In this document: positions 52,306 to 62,080 of the stretch, one piece after another
How positions within the stretch are numbered: the first letter of the stretch is position 1
Layout of the letters: every line of letters begins with the position of its first letter
NCBI GenBank assembly: GCA_963790305.1
Contig: CAWBOC010000009.1
Location: forward strand, 640,001 to 704,000
Direction of reading: 5' to 3'
Length of the DNA: 64,000 nt
From: an uncultured Gemmatimonadaceae bacterium
Lineage (GTDB): Bacteria; Gemmatimonadota; Gemmatimonadetes; Gemmatimonadales; Gemmatimonadaceae
The notes under the pieces: generated by a model
Seen by the model: the letters and a program-made list of their open reading frames with translations, nothing else
The model's database searches: none
Told to the model about the DNA's origin: nothing
Translations under genes and position numbers: made by a program

Positions 52306-53025
52306 ATGGCGCCGCCCGTTCCCTGGAAGCGGCGCATCACGGCGGCGCTGACCGAGCACCTTCCGCTCAAGCTCGTCGCCATCTTCTTCGCGTTCGTGGT
52401 GTGGCTCGTCGTGAGCGGCGAGCGCCCGACCGAGATGGTGGTGCCGGTGCGCGTGGAGATTGGCGTGGACACATCGGTGACGCTGCGCGGCCCCACGCCG
52501 GAGGTTCGCGCCCTGGTCGTGGGGCGCGGCCGCGATTTAATGAAGCTGTGGGACACCCCGCCGACGATCGCGCAGCGACTCGGCAGCGACGTTCCCGATT
52601 CGCTGGCGATCATGCTCGAGGTGAACAACGTCGAGCTGCCGCCGGGTGTCGCGGGGATCGTGCGCGACGTGCAGCCGCGTAGTCTTCGCCTCCACTTCAA
52701 TGTTCAGACCAAGCGCTTCGTGCCCGTGCGCTCGGCGGTCCGCGTGCGCGCCGATTCCGGATTCCGTATCGCCGGTCCGGTGCAGCTGGAGCCGATTCGG
52801 GTGCAGCTCATCGGCGAGCGCCGCACGGTCCGCTCAATCGATACGGTGGCCACGACGGCGATCGATCTCGTCGTGCGCGATACGACGCCGATGACGGTAC
52901 CGCTCGACACCGCGGGACTCGGCGTGCGCGTGAATCCGTCGTTCGTCCGCGTCCGCGTGCCGGTCACGGCCGTGGAGCCGGCGACCGCGGCGACCGCCGC
53001 GTCAACCAGCCGTCGGCGCCAGTGA
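52306..53025 (+). CDS. YbbR/CdaR-like membrane protein
   Basis: LKLVAIFFAFVVWLVV N-terminal TM helix; YbbR-like beta-rich repeats. Confidence 0.7.
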   Translation: MAPPVPWKRRITAALTEHLPLKLVAIFFAFVVWLVVSGERPTEMVVPVRVEIGVDTSVTLRGPTPEVRALVVGRGRDLMKLWDTPPTIAQRLGSDVPDSLAIMLEVNNVELPPGVAGIVRDVQPRSLRLHFNVQTKRFVPVRSAVRVRADSGFRIAGPVQLEPIRVQLIGERRTVRSIDTVATTAIDLVVRDTTPMTVPLDTAGLGVRVNPSFVRVRVPVTAVEPATAATAASTSRRRQ

Positions 53026-54062
53026 CGCGCATTCTCGGCATCGAGACATCCTGCGATGAGACGTCGGCGGCCGTGGTCGAAGGCACCGGTGATGCAGTCG
53101 AGCAGAAATCGCTGGTGATTCTCTCGCAGGACGTGCACAAGGTCTTCGGCGGCGTGGTGCCCGAGATCGCGTCGCGCGCGCACCTGACGAGCATCGTTCC
53201 CGTGGTGGATCGCGCCTTGTCGGAGGCGAACGTCGGCATCGGCGACATCGACGCGATTGCCGTGACCTATGCGCCGGGGCTCGTGGGAGCGTTGCTCGTC
53301 GGCGTCAGCTACGGGAAGTCGCTCGCGTTCGCGAGCGGGCGCGCGCTCGTGGCGGTGCATCACATGGAAGGGCATCTGTTCGCGACGCAGCTCCAGCATC
53401 CCGGGGCGGTGCCGCCGTTCACGGCGCTGTTGGTGTCGGGTGGCCACACCTTACTCGTCGATGTGGAGGCGTGGGGACGTTATCGCTTGCTGGGTCAGAC
53501 GCGAGACGACGCGGCGGGAGAGGCATTCGACAAGGTGGCGAAGCTGCTCGGCCTTCCCTACCCTGGCGGGCCGCACATCGAGCGGATCTCGAAGGAAGGC
53601 GATCCGTCGCGTCATAGGTTCTCGCGTCCGATGGTGCGGCGCGATCAGCGCGTCGGCGATCCCGACTACTACGATGTCTCCTTTTCCGGGCTCAAGACCG
53701 CCGTGCTCAACGCGACCAAGCGCTCAGATGTGGAGGCCGAGCGTGCCCACATCGCGCGTGGGTTTCAGGACGCCCTCATCGACACGCTGGTGGAAAAGAC
53801 CTACCGGGCAGCGCGCGAGCATGGCCGCACGCGGGTGGTGTTAGGCGGCGGCGTGGCCTGCAACAGGACGCTGGCCGACTCGATGCGCTCGCGCATGGCC
53901 ACGATCGGCGCTGACGTCTTTGCGCCGAGCCCGCGGTTGGCGACGGATAACGCGGCGATGATCGCGCGAGCGGGGCTGTTTCGATATGAGCAAGGTGAGC
54001 GCGCGCCGCTCGACCTCAATGCGTACGCAACTCTTCCCTTACCAGGACTGATCGCCGCATGA
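53022..54062 (+). CDS. tsaD: tRNA N6-threonylcarbamoyladenosine transferase subunit
   Basis: LGIETSCDET, GGVVPEIASRAH, HHMEGH, DDAAGEAFDK and DNAAMI. Confidence 0.97.
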   Translation: MTRILGIETSCDETSAAVVEGTGDAVEQKSLVILSQDVHKVFGGVVPEIASRAHLTSIVPVVDRALSEANVGIGDIDAIAVTYAPGLVGALLVGVSYGKSLAFASGRALVAVHHMEGHLFATQLQHPGAVPPFTALLVSGGHTLLVDVEAWGRYRLLGQTRDDAAGEAFDKVAKLLGLPYPGGPHIERISKEGDPSRHRFSRPMVRRDQRVGDPDYYDVSFSGLKTAVLNATKRSDVEAERAHIARGFQDALIDTLVEKTYRAAREHGRTRVVLGGGVACNRTLADSMRSRMATIGADVFAPSPRLATDNAAMIARAGLFRYEQGERAPLDLNAYATLPLPGLIAA

Positions 54063-54889
54063 CGATCGACCATCGCCCGTTGGCGTACGAGCTCGGGCCC
54101 CTGATGATCACCGGATTCGGGCTGGCGGTGCTGGCCGCGTTCGTCGTGGCGCAGATCGTCGCGCAGAACGAGCTGAAGCGGCGCGGTTACAGTCCCGAGC
54201 CGGTGGGCGACATGATCTTCGCGGCGGTGGTGGGGAGTCTGCTCGGCGCGAAGCTCTATTTCGTGGCGTTGACGGGCGACCTCGACACCCTCTTCAGTCG
54301 TGGCGGCTTCGTGTTCTGGGGTGGGCTCATCGGCGGGATTCTCGCGGTGACGGTGCTGGTGCTGAAGCGGAAGCTTGGATTCTGGCGTATCGCCGACGTC
54401 GCCGGCCTCTCGATCATGCCCGCGTACGCGGTGGGTCGCACCGGATGCTGGGCGGTGGGTGATGACTACGGCCGTCCATGGGAGGGTCCGCTGGCGGTGC
54501 GTTTCCCCGATGGTGCGCCACCGTCGACCGCGCAGAACATGCAGGAGATGTTCGGCATCCCGGTGCCGCCGGATGTGCCGCCTAACACGGTGCTGGCGGT
54601 GCATCCGACGCAGCTCTATGAGGTGACGATGGCCTTCATCCTCTTCCTGATTCTCTGGAGGCTCCGCGATCACAAGCACGCCGAGGGGTGGCTCATGGGC
54701 GTGTATTGTGTGATGGCGGGGGTGGAGCGGTTCATCGTGGAGTTTTTCCGGGCGAAGGATGATCGGTTTTTTGGGGCGTTGACGGTGGCGCAGGTGATCG
54801 CGCTGGTGTTCATCGCGATCGGGGTGACGGTCATGGTGCTGCGGAACCGGGTGACGCCCGAGGCGCGCGGGATCTACGCGACGGCGTGA
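54059..54889 (+). CDS. lgt: Prolipoprotein diacylglyceryl transferase
   Basis: [13 protein letters not shown]...GDDYG, HPTQLYE and RFIVEFFR. Confidence 0.9.
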   Translation: MTIDHRPLAYELGPLMITGFGLAVLAAFVVAQIVAQNELKRRGYSPEPVGDMIFAAVVGSLLGAKLYFVALTGDLDTLFSRGGFVFWGGLIGGILAVTVLVLKRKLGFWRIADVAGLSIMPAYAVGRTGCWAVGDDYGRPWEGPLAVRFPDGAPPSTAQNMQEMFGIPVPPDVPPNTVLAVHPTQLYEVTMAFILFLILWRLRDHKHAEGWLMGVYCVMAGVERFIVEFFRAKDDRFFGALTVAQVIALVFIAIGVTVMVLRNRVTPEARGIYATA

Positions 54890-54911
54890 TGCGGGGTGCG
54901 TAGGAGGGGGC

Positions 54912-55922
54912 ATGGAGATGGAGCGGAACGCTGCCATTTCTGAGCGTATGGTGGAGGTTGCGGCGCGCGACCGGCTGATCCCTGCAGCTCGCCGAGTGAT
55001 GCGCACGAAGCATTTCAGCCGGCTGACGGAGGAGGCGTACGTCCGCTGGATCGTGCGGTACGTGCGCTTTCACGGAAGCCGGCATCCACGCACGTTAGGC
55101 GAGCGAGAGGTGCGGGAGTTCCTGTCGCATCTCGCCGCGGACCAGAACGTGGCGGCGAGCACGCAGAGCCAGGCGTTGGCGGCGCTTCTGTTTCTCTACG
55201 TCGAGGTGTTGCGCGATCCGGTGCCCTGGATCGCCGACGTGATTCGGGCGCGGCGTCCGCAGCGCCTGCCAGTGGTGATGACGCGCGAGGAAGTGCGTGG
55301 CGTGCTGGGGAAGATGACCGGTGCGCCGCGCCTGGTCGCGACGCTGCTCTACGGGTCGGGGCTGCGGCTGATGGAGGCGCTACAGCTGCGGGTGAAGGAC
55401 ATCGATTTCGGGATGAGTCAGATCACCGTGCGCGGTGGCAAGGGTGATCGGGACCGGGTAACGATGCTGCCGGCGGCGGTGCGGGCGGGACTCGAGCGCC
55501 ATCTGATCCGGGTGAAGGCGCTGCATGTGCGTGACCTCGCGGCGGGTGCTGGCCGTACGCTTCTTCCTCACGCGTTGGCGTCGAAGTATCCGAACGCGGT
55601 TTCGGAGCTGGGGTGGCAGTGGGTATTCCCTGCGCAGCGAATCGCGGTGGATCCGCGGACGAAGGTGCGCTACCGTCATCATTTACATGAGACGGTGGTG
55701 CAGCGGGAGATGCGGGAGGCGGTGAAGGCGGCGGGTCTAACGAAGCGAGCGACGTGTCACACGTTCCGGCACTCGTTTGCGACGCATTTATTGGAGGATG
55801 GGCACGACATTCGGACAGTGCAGGAGTTGTTGGGTCATCGGAGCGTTGCGACGACGATGATCTACACGCATGTCTTGAATCGTGGGGGGTTGGGAGTGAA
55901 GAGCCCGGCGGATCGGTTGTGA
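54912..55922 (+). CDS. intI: Integron integrase
   Basis: [28 protein letters not shown]; IntI-specific insertion [50 protein letters not shown]. Confidence 0.97.
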   Translation: MEMERNAAISERMVEVAARDRLIPAARRVMRTKHFSRLTEEAYVRWIVRYVRFHGSRHPRTLGEREVREFLSHLAADQNVAASTQSQALAALLFLYVEVLRDPVPWIADVIRARRPQRLPVVMTREEVRGVLGKMTGAPRLVATLLYGSGLRLMEALQLRVKDIDFGMSQITVRGGKGDRDRVTMLPAAVRAGLERHLIRVKALHVRDLAAGAGRTLLPHALASKYPNAVSELGWQWVFPAQRIAVDPRTKVRYRHHLHETVVQREMREAVKAAGLTKRATCHTFRHSFATHLLEDGHDIRTVQELLGHRSVATTMIYTHVLNRGGLGVKSPADRL

Positions 55923-56104
55923 GGGGTTGGGTGAGGGGTGTTGCGGTCGAATCGGGCGGGCGGAATGGAATGCTACTTTTTCTGTTATTCCATCGCTGCA
56001 CGCCGCGTTAGCGGGTGCAATACTTTGGTACGCAGGGGATAGGGTGGTTGCTGCGTTGCCGCTTACGATTGGGTGTTCCGTACTGAGGACAGCGGCGTCC
56101 GCTT

Positions 56105-56143
56105 CGTTTGTCTCGAAAACTTGCTGCAGAATAGGCGTTATGC
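56105..56143 (+). other. Putative attI site; crossover G/TT at 56137/56138; left boundary approximate
   Basis: GTTATGCCG at 56137 is complementary to the first cassette's R'' (CGGCATAAC, 56598-56606) and is not preceded by an attC body. Confidence 0.75.
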
Positions 56144-56173
56144 CGACAACGGGCCTTTTCACTAAATTGGCTC

Positions 56174-56605
56174 GTGCTCTTCACAATCACGCATCACGGC
56201 GTGCCCATCGGCACCGTTGAGCTCACGCGCGCGGACACTTCCGCTGCAGAGCAGATCGCGTGTGGCGTGTTCCCGCTTCCGGGCTACGCGCCCATCAGCC
56301 CGATCGTGCGCGCAGCAAGTGAGGCGTTACGCAATCTTCTGCCCGCCGGGCCGCCCGCCGATCGCGGGACCGAGCTCGCCGCCGAGCGCGCATTGGGACG
56401 CGGCGCAGAGTTGGGACGCGAGCTCGAGTTGCGTGACGCAACCGGGCTTCTCGTTCCAACGGATTTCATCGAGCTCAGTGAATCGGCGAGGTGGAATCCG
56501 GAGGTCGCCGCGCTCATGAGGTTTAGGCTCTCACACGCCGCGGTACCAGCGCGTCTGCCGCCACGCGAGAGTGGTGGTTCCGATGCAGCGGCGCCTGCGG
56601 CATAA
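56174..56605 (+). CDS. Cassette 1: hypothetical protein
   Basis: ORF fills the cassette; its TAA stop lies within the attC R'' GCATAAC. Confidence 0.7.
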   Translation: MLFTITHHGVPIGTVELTRADTSAAEQIACGVFPLPGYAPISPIVRAASEALRNLLPAGPPADRGTELAAERALGRGAELGRELELRDATGLLVPTDFIELSESARWNPEVAALMRFRLSHAAVPARLPPRESGGSDAAAPAA

Positions 56606-56732
56606 CTAGCTGTTGCAACTGGCAGGCGCGATGTCTATGGTAGCCATCGCGACTGCACCCCTTGAAGTGCAACGAAGGCGCGCTGTGCGCGCCTTCTGGA
56701 AGACCGCCTGCAGTTGAACGCAGGCGTTATGC
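56600..56732 (+). repeat. attC site 1
   Basis: GCATAAC-N5-GTTGCAACTG ... CAGTTGAAC ... GTTATGC. Confidence 0.92.
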
Positions 56733-56748
56733 CTCACAGGATGCTTCC

Positions 56749-57231
56749 GTGAGCTTTGATGTTTTCCTCCAACGGTTTGCGGGCGGCGAATCCGCCGAAG
56801 TGGATCGGCGTCCTGTCCGCGAAGTGCTCAGGTCAGCAAGGCATCGCGGGCCGGATACCTTCGGTTTCTACGTCGTGGCATTTCCTGATGGCGTTGAAGT
56901 GGAGTTCTCAGCAAAAGGTCTCGAATCCAAGGAGTCGTTCACGGGATGCGCGTTCCACTTTCGCGGCTTCGGTGATGCCCTGATGACATTCGTGTTCGAG
57001 GTCGCGCGGGCCGGTGACATGGTCATTATTCCGGCCATGGAAGGCAATCCGCTGGTGTTGCTTTCGGAAGAGCAGCAGACGAGATGTCCCAGCCGACCTT
57101 CGAGAGAAGTCTCACTTAATTGTCGTCCGCTCCGCTTCCGAACTGCGGTAGCGTCCTCCGCCGAGGATTGGAGGGCTGGTCCGCTTATCGCGATCAGGTT
57201 CTTCGACAGTCCAAGCCGGAGTGAGGCATAA
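56749..57231 (+). CDS. Cassette 2: hypothetical protein; 3' end probably frameshifted
   Basis: GTG start MSFDVFLQRF; another frame gives a more protein-like end, GLEGWSAYRDQVLRQ. Confidence 0.62.
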   Translation: MSFDVFLQRFAGGESAEVDRRPVREVLRSARHRGPDTFGFYVVAFPDGVEVEFSAKGLESKESFTGCAFHFRGFGDALMTFVFEVARAGDMVIIPAMEGNPLVLLSEEQQTRCPSRPSREVSLNCRPLRFRTAVASSAEDWRAGPLIAIRFFDSPSRSEA

Positions 57232-57273
57232 CCGACGCCTGAGCGTCGTTGACTCAAGATCGCGGCCCGTGAG

Positions 57274-57408
57274 GCATAACTAGCAACTGCACCTGTCAGG
57301 CGCGACATTCAAGGAAGCCATCGCAGTTCGTGTGCTTCAAGTGCAACGGCAAAGCGCGCTGTCGCGCGCTTTTGAGCAAGCCGCCTGCAGGTGAGCGCAG
57401 CGTTCTGC
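57274..57408 (+). repeat. attC site 2
   Basis: GCATAAC ... CACCTG/CAGGTG ... GTTCTGC. Confidence 0.92.
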
Positions 57409-57421
57409 CGACGACGAACTC

Positions 57422-58216
57422 TTGAGGTCAATTCCGCTTTCAGTACCTCACCCTGGTGTGGTCGAGGACATGGATCTCACGCCAGAGGGCGCTGCCGTCG
57501 CGGTGGTCCGAGTCGGTGACGCGCTCCGCGTCGTGATGCCCGATTGGGACCTGGGCAGCCCGGCTCCCGTAAGGTTCCCCCGCGTTCGCGCGCTCAACCG
57601 TGACCGAGTTCTGCTAGTGGAGACACGGACAGAAAATGATGCCCCGAATGCCTGGATTCTCGACCGGCCCCGTGGCGTCATCGCCCATTTCCTGATGGGC
57701 GATGCCATCGCCGACATTGTCGTCAGCCCACCCTTCATTGCAGTCACCTACTTTGATGAGGCGTACGGCTCCGCCGGACCTGCCGGCGAAGGCGCGTCGT
57801 TCTTCGATTTTGACGGCCATTTCGTCTGGGGCTACCGCGCTCAGTTTGGCCACGAGGCGGTCGATATGATGGACGTCTATGCCGCCTGCGCCGACGAGAC
57901 CGGGTGCCTCTGGTTTTACCCGTACACCGATTTCCCACTCGTGCGACTCGACATTCACGCGCGTGAGCAGCAGATCTTTGAGCCACCAGAGACGTTGCGT
58001 GGCGCTCACGCGCTGAGCATCCGTAACGGTACCGCATACTTCATCGGGCCATACGAGCGCCATGGGGTGGTCTTTGAATGGCCACTAAAAGCACGCGAAG
58101 CACGGCGTCTTTGCACGCTAGAGGCCAGGGTTCGTGGGCTTCCCGGTGGACGGTTCCTCGCCGCCATTGATGGGACGTGGTCCGTCGTTGACGATCTCGC
58201 AGCGAGAGGGGAATAA
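57422..58216 (+). CDS. Cassette 3: hypothetical protein, possibly a beta-propeller; alternative start at ATG 57470
   Basis: ORF fills the cassette; beta-rich repeats (GDAIAD, TYFDE, YPYTDFPLV). Confidence 0.7.
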   Translation: MRSIPLSVPHPGVVEDMDLTPEGAAVAVVRVGDALRVVMPDWDLGSPAPVRFPRVRALNRDRVLLVETRTENDAPNAWILDRPRGVIAHFLMGDAIADIVVSPPFIAVTYFDEAYGSAGPAGEGASFFDFDGHFVWGYRAQFGHEAVDMMDVYAACADETGCLWFYPYTDFPLVRLDIHAREQQIFEPPETLRGAHALSIRNGTAYFIGPYERHGVVFEWPLKAREARRLCTLEARVRGLPGGRFLAAIDGTWSVVDDLAARGE

Positions 58217-58264
58217 CATCGCGTCCGAGGTCTGTGCTCGGCCCTTGCAGACCGCGTACCCGCG

Positions 58265-58395
58265 GCAGAACTAACAGCTGCAACTGTCAGGCGCAATGTC
58301 CAAGGAAGCCATCGCAGTTCGGCCCCTTGAAGTGCAAACCCCACGGCGCGCTAACGCCGCCTTGAGACGCCGCGCAGGTGAACGTAGCGTTCTGC
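58265..58395 (+). repeat. attC site 3
   Basis: GCAGAAC ... GTTCTGC with the same repeat body. Confidence 0.9.
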
Positions 58396-58468
58396 GGACG
58401 ACAGAGTTCCGAGTGACCGAGAGCGTCTTGGCCCGAGTCTCTGGATATGCCCCGACAGTGACCTCGTC

Positions 58469-58828
58469 ATGCCGAGTTCCTCAAACCTTGCCCAACGCGC
58501 TGCCCTTACGGTGGTGGCCGCACTCGCAGTCACTGTTACTCTTCCGTCGCCCGCACACGCACAGCGCGTTGACAGCGTGACGGTGGCACCGGTGCGGTCA
58601 CCGACGATCCAGATCAGGATCCGCGGCAAGGCGCCCACGGATTCCGTCCACATAGACCCCGCAGATATCGAGATCATTGAGATCCTGAAGTCAGATCTCC
58701 CCGCCCGTTACAGCCCGTGGCGGGGATGCGGTCCGATCATTGTGAGGGTGCCGCCCCGTCGGTGGACGCTCGAGTCACTGTTGCGGCTCCAACCGGACAT
58801 TCCGCATCACGACCCGCCGCAGAACTAA
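58469..58828 (+). CDS. Cassette 4: putative secreted protein
   Basis: Signal peptide ending AHA-Q; stop overlaps attC4. Confidence 0.6.
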   Translation: MPSSSNLAQRAALTVVAALAVTVTLPSPAHAQRVDSVTVAPVRSPTIQIRIRGKAPTDSVHIDPADIEIIEILKSDLPARYSPWRGCGPIIVRVPPRRWTLESLLRLQPDIPHHDPPQN

Positions 58829-58956
58829 CCGTTGCAACTGTCAGGCGCGACCGTTAGGGTAGCCATCGCAGTTCGTGTGCTTCAAGTGCAACTGCAAAGC
58901 GCGCTGTCGCGCGCTTTCAAGAACACCGCCTGCAGTTGAACGGTATAGCGTTCTGC
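58819..58956 (+). repeat. attC site 4
   Basis: GCAGAAC ... CAACTG/CAGTTG ... GTTCTGC. Confidence 0.92.
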
Positions 58957-59000
58957 CGAGCACAGGCTCTGTAGCGAAGCGACCCTACATCACCTCTGCT

Positions 59001-59323
59001 ATGACGCGCGTAGAGCAGGAACAAGTCGAGGTATATTCGCGCGATACGAACGCATGGATCGTCCGAACGCCCGGGCGACAGTACCCAGCGCTCGTCGTGC
59101 AGGGCGACTCGTTCGAATACCTTCGTCGCGCTCGCGCAGTCGATTGTTAAGCGGGCTCGAACGTGCGGGTGTGCCGACGATGAACTGGTGGAAGAGAGCC
59201 GAAGAGCTACGCGACCTTCTCTCAGCTCGCCTCTCTCACTATACGACCGCGCTCGGGCAGTACGGCTTCGATGTGCCGTTCGGGCAGCGATACGCATCCA
59301 ACGTAGCGCGTGGTCACCGATAG
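59001..59323 (+). CDS. Cassette 5: DUF6959-like protein, frameshifted
   Basis: EVYSRDTNAWIVRTPGRQYPALVVQGDS in one frame; EELRDLLSARLSHYTTALGQYGFDVPF in another; family name from recall. Confidence 0.6.
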
Positions 59324-59334
59324 CGTTCCCGCCG

Positions 59335-59471
59335 GCAGAACTAACCGTTGCACCTGTCAGGCGCGACGGTTAGGGTAGCCATTGCAGTTCGAGCGCCTTG
59401 AAGTGCAACTGCAAAGCGCGCTGTCGCGCGCTTGCAAGAAGACCGCCTGCAGGTGAACGTAAGCGTTATGC
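59335..59471 (+). repeat. attC site 5
   Basis: GCAGAAC ... GTTATGC. Confidence 0.92.
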
Positions 59472-59490
59472 GACACCCACCTCTCGACTA

Positions 59491-59997
59491 ATGCCACGTT
59501 TGTTCATCGCGCTGGCCACCTTCATTGCAGTAGCCGCCTGCGCGCCACCTGCAACGATTACGGACGCCCCGCGCACCATTCCTTTCCGAGCCGCGCTCGA
59601 GCCGCCTTTCTCCGACTCGGCGCTATTGAGCGGCGAGGTGACCATCCTTCCCGATCGGCTCGAAATCGTTCTGCATCGTCTCGATTACGTGATCCGAAAT
59701 CGGACTGGCACCCGCCCCCCAGACTCCCTTAAAGTCGCTTTGGCGACGGGCGTCCAGCATGCGCGCTGGGATCGTGAAGCGGAAAGTGCGGCCGTCCCGT
59801 TCCTCGACGCATTCCGGGCAATCAGCGACGCGCGCTCACCAGTGCGCTTCGTTATCGCGCGACCGGCCGGGCGCACGCTCGGTCGACGCTGGCTCAGCTT
59901 CCTTTTCACTCTGCACCATCCAGCTCGCGAGGGAGAACCAGCACTCGACGGCTATTATTTTGCGCATACGGATGCTCGGCTCTTCGAGGCTCCATGA
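59491..59997 (+). CDS. Cassette 6: putative lipoprotein
   Basis: MPRLFIALATFIAVAAC lipobox; ORF fills the cassette. Confidence 0.68.
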   Translation: MPRLFIALATFIAVAACAPPATITDAPRTIPFRAALEPPFSDSALLSGEVTILPDRLEIVLHRLDYVIRNRTGTRPPDSLKVALATGVQHARWDREAESAAVPFLDAFRAISDARSPVRFVIARPAGRTLGRRWLSFLFTLHHPAREGEPALDGYYFAHTDARLFEAP

Positions 59998-60023
59998 CCG
60001 CCCGACGGCCCTCAGCGCGTGTC

Positions 60024-60158
60024 GCATAACTAGCTGTTGCACCTGTCAGGCGCGATGTCTAAGGTAGTCATCGCGTTTGATCTCCTTGAAGTGCAACTGC
60101 GAAGGCGGGCGTTGCCCGCCTTCTGGACGATCGCCTGCAGGTGAACGCAGCGTTATAC
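60024..60158 (+). repeat. attC site 6
   Basis: GCATAAC ... GTTATAC. Confidence 0.92.
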
Positions 60159-60173
60159 AGCACGGACATTTCG

Positions 60174-60598
60174 ATGAAGTAGGCGAGACTCGCTCCGCGC
60201 TTCGTTGATCGCCACTGTCTCCTCTTGGCAGCCTGCGCCAACGCCGATGGCGATCGGTTCGCGCGCACGTTCATTACGCGTCTGGCCGCTGGCGACTGCG
60301 CAGCCTTCTCGCATGTCAGCCGGCAGTGAAGTGAGTCGACGCGGTTGGGCCTCGATCGCCGCGATGGGGGAGTCGATTACACCGGGCGAGCTGCGGAGTC
60401 TCCATTTGATCGACGAAGAACACGGCGTCGATTCTCAGGGCGCGTACCGCAGACTGATCTACGAGTTTGCCCGCGTGGGCGGGACGGCTCACGTTGAGCT
60501 ATGGCTCATCGATCACATGGGCAGACATATATCAACACAGTACGCATCCGTCGGCTCCGCAGCGCCGGCGCCGAGAGTTCGAACGTCTCGATGCGGCT
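60174..60598 (+). pseudogene. Cassette 7: disrupted putative lipoprotein (decayed or mis-assembled); boundaries approximate
   Basis: LLLAACANADGDRF lipobox in one frame and GAYRRLIYEF..VELWL in another; ATG 60174 is followed by an early stop. Confidence 0.4.
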
Positions 60599-60734
60599 GT
60601 ATAACTAGCTGTTGCACCTGTCGAGCGCGATGTTTAAGGAAGCCATCACGTTTGAACCCCTTCCGGCGCGTTGCCGCGGGTGAGCGCCCTGCCTTTCGGG
60701 GCAGATCGCTCTGCAGGTGAACGCAGCGTTCTGC
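60599..60734 (+). repeat. attC site 7 (variant central region)
   Basis: GTATAAC ... ctgcctttcggggcag ... GTTCTGC. Confidence 0.9.
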
Positions 60735-60771
60735 GGCTACCAACTCTGGACTCGGCGTATGCTTGCATCGC

Positions 60772-61056
60772 ATGAAGTTCCACTCGCCCCGCCCTAACTT
60801 CATCAAGACCGACGCTGGCTTCAGCGTTGAGGTCTTGGGCCGGACCGGCCTTCGCTATCGGGAAGGACTCCGGAGCGTTTTCGTCGACTCAGAGATTCTC
60901 GCCGGTCCAGCCGGAATCGCAGTATTTCAGAAGTCGATTAGGCGGTGGGGGTTTCCATTCTCTCTGTGGCGCATCGGTCCGGCGCGCCGGACAAAGATCC
61001 TGGAGAACATTCGGGCCGCTTTTCAGTCGGAAGGCATCAACGTCGATGTCGGATAG
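60772..61056 (+). CDS. Cassette 8: small protein, possibly a polymorphic-toxin immunity protein (Imm74-like)
   Basis: GFSVEVLGRTGLRYREG..VDSE..SIRRW..ILENIRAAF; family assignment tentative. Confidence 0.6.
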   Translation: MKFHSPRPNFIKTDAGFSVEVLGRTGLRYREGLRSVFVDSEILAGPAGIAVFQKSIRRWGFPFSLWRIGPARRTKILENIRAAFQSEGINVDVG

Positions 61057-61087
61057 CAGCGCACAGCCCTCAGCATCGCGACCAGCC

Positions 61088-61225
61088 GCAGAACTAACCG
61101 CTGCAACTGTCAGGCGCGATGTCTAGGGTAGCCATCGCAGTTCATCTCCTTCAAGTTCAACGGCAAGGCGCGCATACGCGCGCCTTTAAGAGCGCCGCCT
61201 GCAGTTGAGCGGTATAGCGTTCTGC
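61088..61225 (+). repeat. attC site 8
   Basis: GCAGAAC ... GTTCTGC. Confidence 0.92.
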
Positions 61226-61247
61226 GGACGAAGGGACCCTATGCGTG

Positions 61248-61689
61248 TTACTCGTCGCGGGTCCGAAAGAAGGCAAGGACATACCCGTCGGCATCACTAA
61301 CCTCGAAGCCCCAGAGGCCATCGTCGATGAACGACAGTTCCTTCACGAACGAGGCACCCCGCTGCTTGAACTCCTCGAACAGAGCGTCGGGGTCAAGGGT
61401 ATAGATGTAGGCATCCCAGCGAGCCCATTCGTGCCGGAGGTGGTTGGGACAGGGAAGCACGTCGGGACATGATGGTCTTCAGCATGATGCCGATCCCGTC
61501 CCGGCTCACGTGGCCGTAGTACACGTCGTCGGGCGGACCCTGGAAGTCCAGCTGGAAGCCGAAGCGCTCGATGTAGTGGGCGATCGAGGCCTGCAGGTCC
61601 TTCACGATGAAGAACGGACTGATTGAAGCGAGGTTTCCCCTCGCTCCTTCCGGATTTGCGCGTTGTGAATCGCTCCTGGTTGAGCTCAT
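61248..61689 (-). CDS. Cassette 9: VOC/glyoxalase-bleomycin resistance family protein in reverse orientation; frameshift near 61465
   Basis: ISPFFIVKDLQASIAHY..FGF in one frame; DPDALFEEF..RG and FEVSDADGYVLAF in another. Confidence 0.78.
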
Positions 61690-61946
61690 GGCTGGCACTC
61701 CTGACATTCTGAACGGCAATGTGGGCTGGGGAAACGTGCACGATCCTGGATAGGATCGTATCCGACGTCGTAGCATCTCACAGTGGCTTGATCCAGAGGA
61801 ATGCTCAACCGCCGATCCCGTACTGCTCGAGTGGGCGCTCACCGACGATGAGGCGCTAGCTCAAGAGAGCCGATCGAGTGATCTCGGCGCTAGCCCAGCT
61901 CAAGGGCCGCGACTAGCGACGTCAACTCGAGCTCCACGAAGCCGCC

Positions 61947-62080
61947 GCAGAACTAGCAAATGCAACTGGCACGCGGGATGTCCAAGGAAGTCATCGCAGT
62001 TCGGTGCCTTTGAGTGCAACACCAGGCGCGCTGTCGCGCGCCTTTGAGTCGACCGCGTGCAGTTGAGCGCGGCGTTCTGC
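61947..62080 (+). repeat. attC site 9
   Basis: GCAGAAC ... GTTCTGC. Confidence 0.9.

Noticed and set aside
54912..55922. Prophage or ICE integrase, or XerC/D
   Set aside because: It carries the IntI-specific insertion and adjoins an attC array; no phage or conjugation genes are present.
55923..56136. A specific Pc cassette promoter between intI and attI
   Set aside because: Several AT-rich hexamers (TACTTT, TACGAT) are present, but none pairs convincingly with a -35 at proper spacing, so it cannot be called from sequence alone.
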